This document shows, in pieces, positions 25,644 through 28,901 of a DNA stretch of 28,901 nt. A program made the translations under genes and the position numbers. The notes under the pieces were generated by a model, which was not told the origin of the DNA, ran no database searches, and saw only the letters and a program-made list of their open reading frames with translations. Source of the stretch: Pseudomonadota bacterium (GTDB lineage: Bacteria; Desulfobacterota; Desulfobacteria; Desulfobacterales; RPRI01); NCBI GenBank assembly GCA_043825875.1, contig JBDRRF010000040.1, positions 1 through 28,901 on the forward strand, given 5' to 3'. Position 1 is the first letter of the stretch, and each line of letters opens with the position of its first letter.

Positions 25644-27290
25644 ATGAAAATAATAGGATTTAATCCGGAATATATTAATCAGGATTACAGGTTGCTATTC
25701 AAAGCACTTGAGAAATTATTGAATATTCGGTTTGAGGAACACAAGTTAGGCAGTACTTCACGGCTTGACGCATGGTTTTTTCAAGGTGTTAAAAGCCAAG
25801 ATATTGAAAAATTGACTCAAATCGACCTGCCATGTTATGTTACTATAAAGGAATCCAATCTGGTTAATTGCGGGAATTCAACAAATATTGAATTCACCAG
25901 AAATGATATCTTACCGGATGTTATCCAGGGAAGATGTGTTACCAATGAGGAAGTATTAACATTTAGAGCATTACCTCCATTGGTTGGTAATTATGAAATA
26001 GTTGCATCGAAGTCAGGTTTTCCTATTTGGATGAAAAAAGAAATCAACGGTTGTTCTTATCATATCGTTGCAATGTCTCCACCCTTGTTACAACCGGGAG
26101 AAAAGCTGTTAGACCATTTTTGCGGCAAAACATTCCTGAAAATGCTCCCACTATGGACCTTTTTACATAAACTGAGTAACAATAATCTATGGGAACCATC
26201 TCCGCTAATGTCCTGCCTAATGTTTGATGATCCTAATTTGCACTGGCGAACCTATGGTTTCATAAATTTTTTGGAAATAGCATGTGATGCAATAGATTAT
26301 AACTACCACGTTGCATTTGCTACGATACCTCTCGACTCTTGGTTTTTTCATAGTTCAACAGCAGAGATATTCAAGAATAATCAGGAAAGATTATCGCTTC
26401 TTATCCATGGCAATGACCATATTGCAGGCGAGTTGTATAGAACACAAACAAGGGAGAAAAACCACGCAATGGCACGACAGGCAATAGAACGAATTAGAAG
26501 CCTGGAGAACCGATCGGGTGTGAGTGTGTCTCGAGTAACGGTACCTCCCCACGGAATATGCAACAATCAATCGCTTGAAGCTTTGGCGCATGCTGGATTC
26601 GAAGCCGCATGCATCCCGCGAGGAGCGCTACGCAGGTTAAATGCCAACAAACCATCACCACACACATTAGGGATGTTACCTACTGATATAATAGAAGGTT
26701 TGCCAATAATCCACAGATCATCCCTTTCTAAAGAATCTCACAATAATATACTTGTATCCGCAATACTTCAGCAGCCGATAATTCTTGCAGGTCACCATGA
26801 GGATATTGATGAAGGGCTTCAGATTCTTCGAGAACTCTCGGAATTTATCAACTCACTGGGAACCGTGAAATGGGCGAGCATGAAAAATATATCACGATCA
26901 CATTATTCGCATATAATCGATGGAAAAATAATGATCATAAAAATGTACACAAAACGCATCAAGTTACGGGTGCCCGAAGGAATAGAATCAATTTTTGTCA
27001 AACAATCATGGTTTGATGAAAAATACACAGCACAATTTTCTTGGCGTACATATGGTGAAGGGTGGACGAGTGAGACTGATCTTGTGGATAAATTACTTCC
27101 AGTGATACCCGGCAAAGTCATTGAGATTGTTTCTAATGAGTATATATTAAACCATACGGATAAACGTAATACAAATAGTATTCATCCGCTACATATTATA
27201 AGAAGGCAACTTACCGAGGTTAGAGATCGCGTAGCCCCCATAAAGAAAAACCTGAACGATTTTTTTTCTCACCGACGACAATGGCTCTAA
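25644..27290 (+). CDS. Hypothetical protein with a deacetylase/GH57-like metal-binding core
   Basis: LMFDDPNLH, LIHGNDH, VPPHG and GHHED resemble CE4-superfamily motifs. ATG 25644 is preferred over TTG 25590, which overlaps the upstream gene. Confidence 0.6.
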   Translation: MKIIGFNPEYINQDYRLLFKALEKLLNIRFEEHKLGSTSRLDAWFFQGVKSQDIEKLTQIDLPCYVTIKESNLVNCGNSTNIEFTRNDILPDVIQGRCVTNEEVLTFRALPPLVGNYEIVASKSGFPIWMKKEINGCSYHIVAMSPPLLQPGEKLLDHFCGKTFLKMLPLWTFLHKLSNNNLWEPSPLMSCLMFDDPNLHWRTYGFINFLEIACDAIDYNYHVAFATIPLDSWFFHSSTAEIFKNNQERLSLLIHGNDHIAGELYRTQTREKNHAMARQAIERIRSLENRSGVSVSRVTVPPHGICNNQSLEALAHAGFEAACIPRGALRRLNANKPSPHTLGMLPTDIIEGLPIIHRSSLSKESHNNILVSAILQQPIILAGHHEDIDEGLQILRELSEFINSLGTVKWASMKNISRSHYSHIIDGKIMIIKMYTKRIKLRVPEGIESIFVKQSWFDEKYTAQFSWRTYGEGWTSETDLVDKLLPVIPGKVIEIVSNEYILNHTDKRNTNSIHPLHIIRRQLTEVRDRVAPIKKNLNDFFSHRRQWL

Positions 27291-27294
27291 GCAA

Positions 27295-28596
27295 ATGAAT
27301 AAAAACAAGATTAGTCTCTTGGGTGCAACGTTCAACACCCGTAATATGGGCGTCGGTGCGTTAACGGCTGGAGCTGTTAAGTGCATTATACAACGATTTC
27401 CGGATGCAGAAATCGATCTTCTTGATTATGATTACAAATGCACGTCATCATATCTGTATCTCAATGATAAGAAAATACCGCTCCGCCTCGTCAACATGAG
27501 ATTTTCAAAAAAGATATATCTACCTAATAATATTGTAGTTTTACTTGTATTGTCACTATTACTTAAGTTGATTATCAACAAAAACCTTAAAGAAAAAATC
27601 ATACGCAGCAACTTCTGTTTAAATAGCATCTGTGAATCACAAATTGCTGTTTCTATCGCGGGAGGTGACAGCTTCAGTGACATCTATGGTATTGGCCGAT
27701 TTCTATATGTTTCACTACCACAATTGCTGGTTCTTCTATTAGGCAAAGATCTTGTTATGTTGCCGCAAACTATCGGTCCTTTCAAAAGCCGATTTGCCAA
27801 GTCTTTTGCGTCATATATCCTGAACCGCGCAAAAATGATTTATTCACGCGACCACGAAAGTTTGAAAGAATTACGGGAATTGCCGGGATTATGTTATAGT
27901 GCTGATAGGTTCAAGTTCTGCTATGATGTGGGCTTCATCCTGGATGCGATACGACCTAAGATTGTTGATATCCCCGGTATGCAAGAAAATGTAGAAGTAA
28001 ATACGGTCATTGTGGGTTTAAATATAAGTGGGTTATTATACATGGGCGGTTATACAAAGAATAATATGTTTGAATTAAGAGTTAACTACCAAGATCTTGT
28101 GTATAAAATGATCGATTTTATCCTGAAGAATGAAAATATAATTATTGTGCTTGTTCCTCATGTTTTTGGCTCACACGACCATTTGGAAAGCGATTCAACC
28201 GTATGCGAACGAATCTATGAAGATTTGAAGGTAAAGTATTCTAATCGGATCGCTTATGTTCGCGGTTCATATAACCAAAATGAGATCAAATACATTATTG
28301 GCATGTGTGATTTTTTCATTGGGTCGCGAATGCATGCATGCATAGCTGCTCTCTCACAAACTATACCGACTGTATCAATTGCATATAGCAGGAAATTTAT
28401 CGGGGTAATGGAAACCATCGGGGCAAAATCTCTCGTTGCAGATCCGCGCACACTCGAAATTGATGATATACTAAAAATTATTGATGAAACTTTTTCAAAA
28501 AGGGATGCGGTTAAAAAACATCTTGAGGAAACAATGCCATACGTTAGAGAAACAGTTCTTAATCTTTTCTATGATATAGAAAGCAGTAGATTATAA
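27295..28596 (+). CDS. Polysaccharide pyruvyl transferase family protein
   Basis: NMGVGAL, GGDSFSDIYG, PQTIGPF, YSRDHES, GSRMHACIAA, AYSRKF. Confidence 0.88.
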   Translation: MNKNKISLLGATFNTRNMGVGALTAGAVKCIIQRFPDAEIDLLDYDYKCTSSYLYLNDKKIPLRLVNMRFSKKIYLPNNIVVLLVLSLLLKLIINKNLKEKIIRSNFCLNSICESQIAVSIAGGDSFSDIYGIGRFLYVSLPQLLVLLLGKDLVMLPQTIGPFKSRFAKSFASYILNRAKMIYSRDHESLKELRELPGLCYSADRFKFCYDVGFILDAIRPKIVDIPGMQENVEVNTVIVGLNISGLLYMGGYTKNNMFELRVNYQDLVYKMIDFILKNENIIIVLVPHVFGSHDHLESDSTVCERIYEDLKVKYSNRIAYVRGSYNQNEIKYIIGMCDFFIGSRMHACIAALSQTIPTVSIAYSRKFIGVMETIGAKSLVADPRTLEIDDILKIIDETFSKRDAVKKHLEETMPYVRETVLNLFYDIESSRL

Positions 28597-28901
28597 AATT
28601 TCAGTTCTGTTACTACTCAAAAACGGAGATTGATACAATAAGCGAAACTGTTTCCTGTTTTCTTCATATATTGTGTAGGAATTGCGGATGCATCTATAAA
28701 ACAAAATTTATTAAACTTCGAGACATCCCGGATCAATAAATAAGACCCATTGAATCATCATAAAAATACATAACGCTTGGAAATCTATATTTTTAATCAA
28801 TCACCAAGATGGAATCCACATAAATATTCTATTATTATGAGAGTTTTGAATTAAAGGTATTTTTTGCTATAAAATTATTTAATAATTATATAATATTTTA
28901 A

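Noticed and set aside
340..28451. Minus-strand and nested short ORFs in the track
   Set aside because: They are antisense or out-of-frame shadows of well-supported + strand genes or repeats, with no recognisable motifs.
28597..28901. Promoter or terminator in the terminal AT-rich stretch
   Set aside because: No convincing GC stem with U-tract, and promoter-like hexamers are expected by chance at this AT content.

Overview
AT-rich bacterial exopolysaccharide/surface-glycan locus with all real genes on the + strand. The gene and repeat style suggests a Desulfobacterota-like anaerobe (inference only). The backbone holds a priming sugar transferase with a degenerate GGDEF-like N-terminus, a WlbA/WlbB/WlbC-like oxidoreductase-acetyltransferase-aminotransferase trio, two nucleotide-sugar dehydrogenases, FemAB-like GNATs, polysaccharide deacetylases, GT2/GT4 glycosyltransferases, a Wzy/O-antigen-ligase-like membrane protein, a CapK/PaaK-like ligase and a pyruvyl transferase. 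Two islands (about 8.85-12.7 kb and 17.0-20.07 kb) interrupt this backbone. They contain small genes: two GxxExxY PD-(D/E)XK proteins, one four-helix-bundle (23S-IVP-like) protein, and six toxin-antitoxin modules, two of them decayed. Nearly every boundary in the islands is marked by one of three families of short, internally periodic, hairpin-capable repeats: A (CTCTGTG x3), B (TCYGCG at 10-nt period) and C (7-mer CRGTTNN/CYGYNAA arrays). The window shows a filled and an empty copy of the same site, repeats supplying stop codons to four genes, and a wecB remnant that starts exactly at a repeat end. No integrase or transposase is present. This repeat-delimited cassette architecture is the candidate undescribed system. 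A separate MITE-like element occurs both intergenically (1-140) and inserted in frame inside a deacetylase gene. All calls come from reading motifs by eye; no database searches were run.
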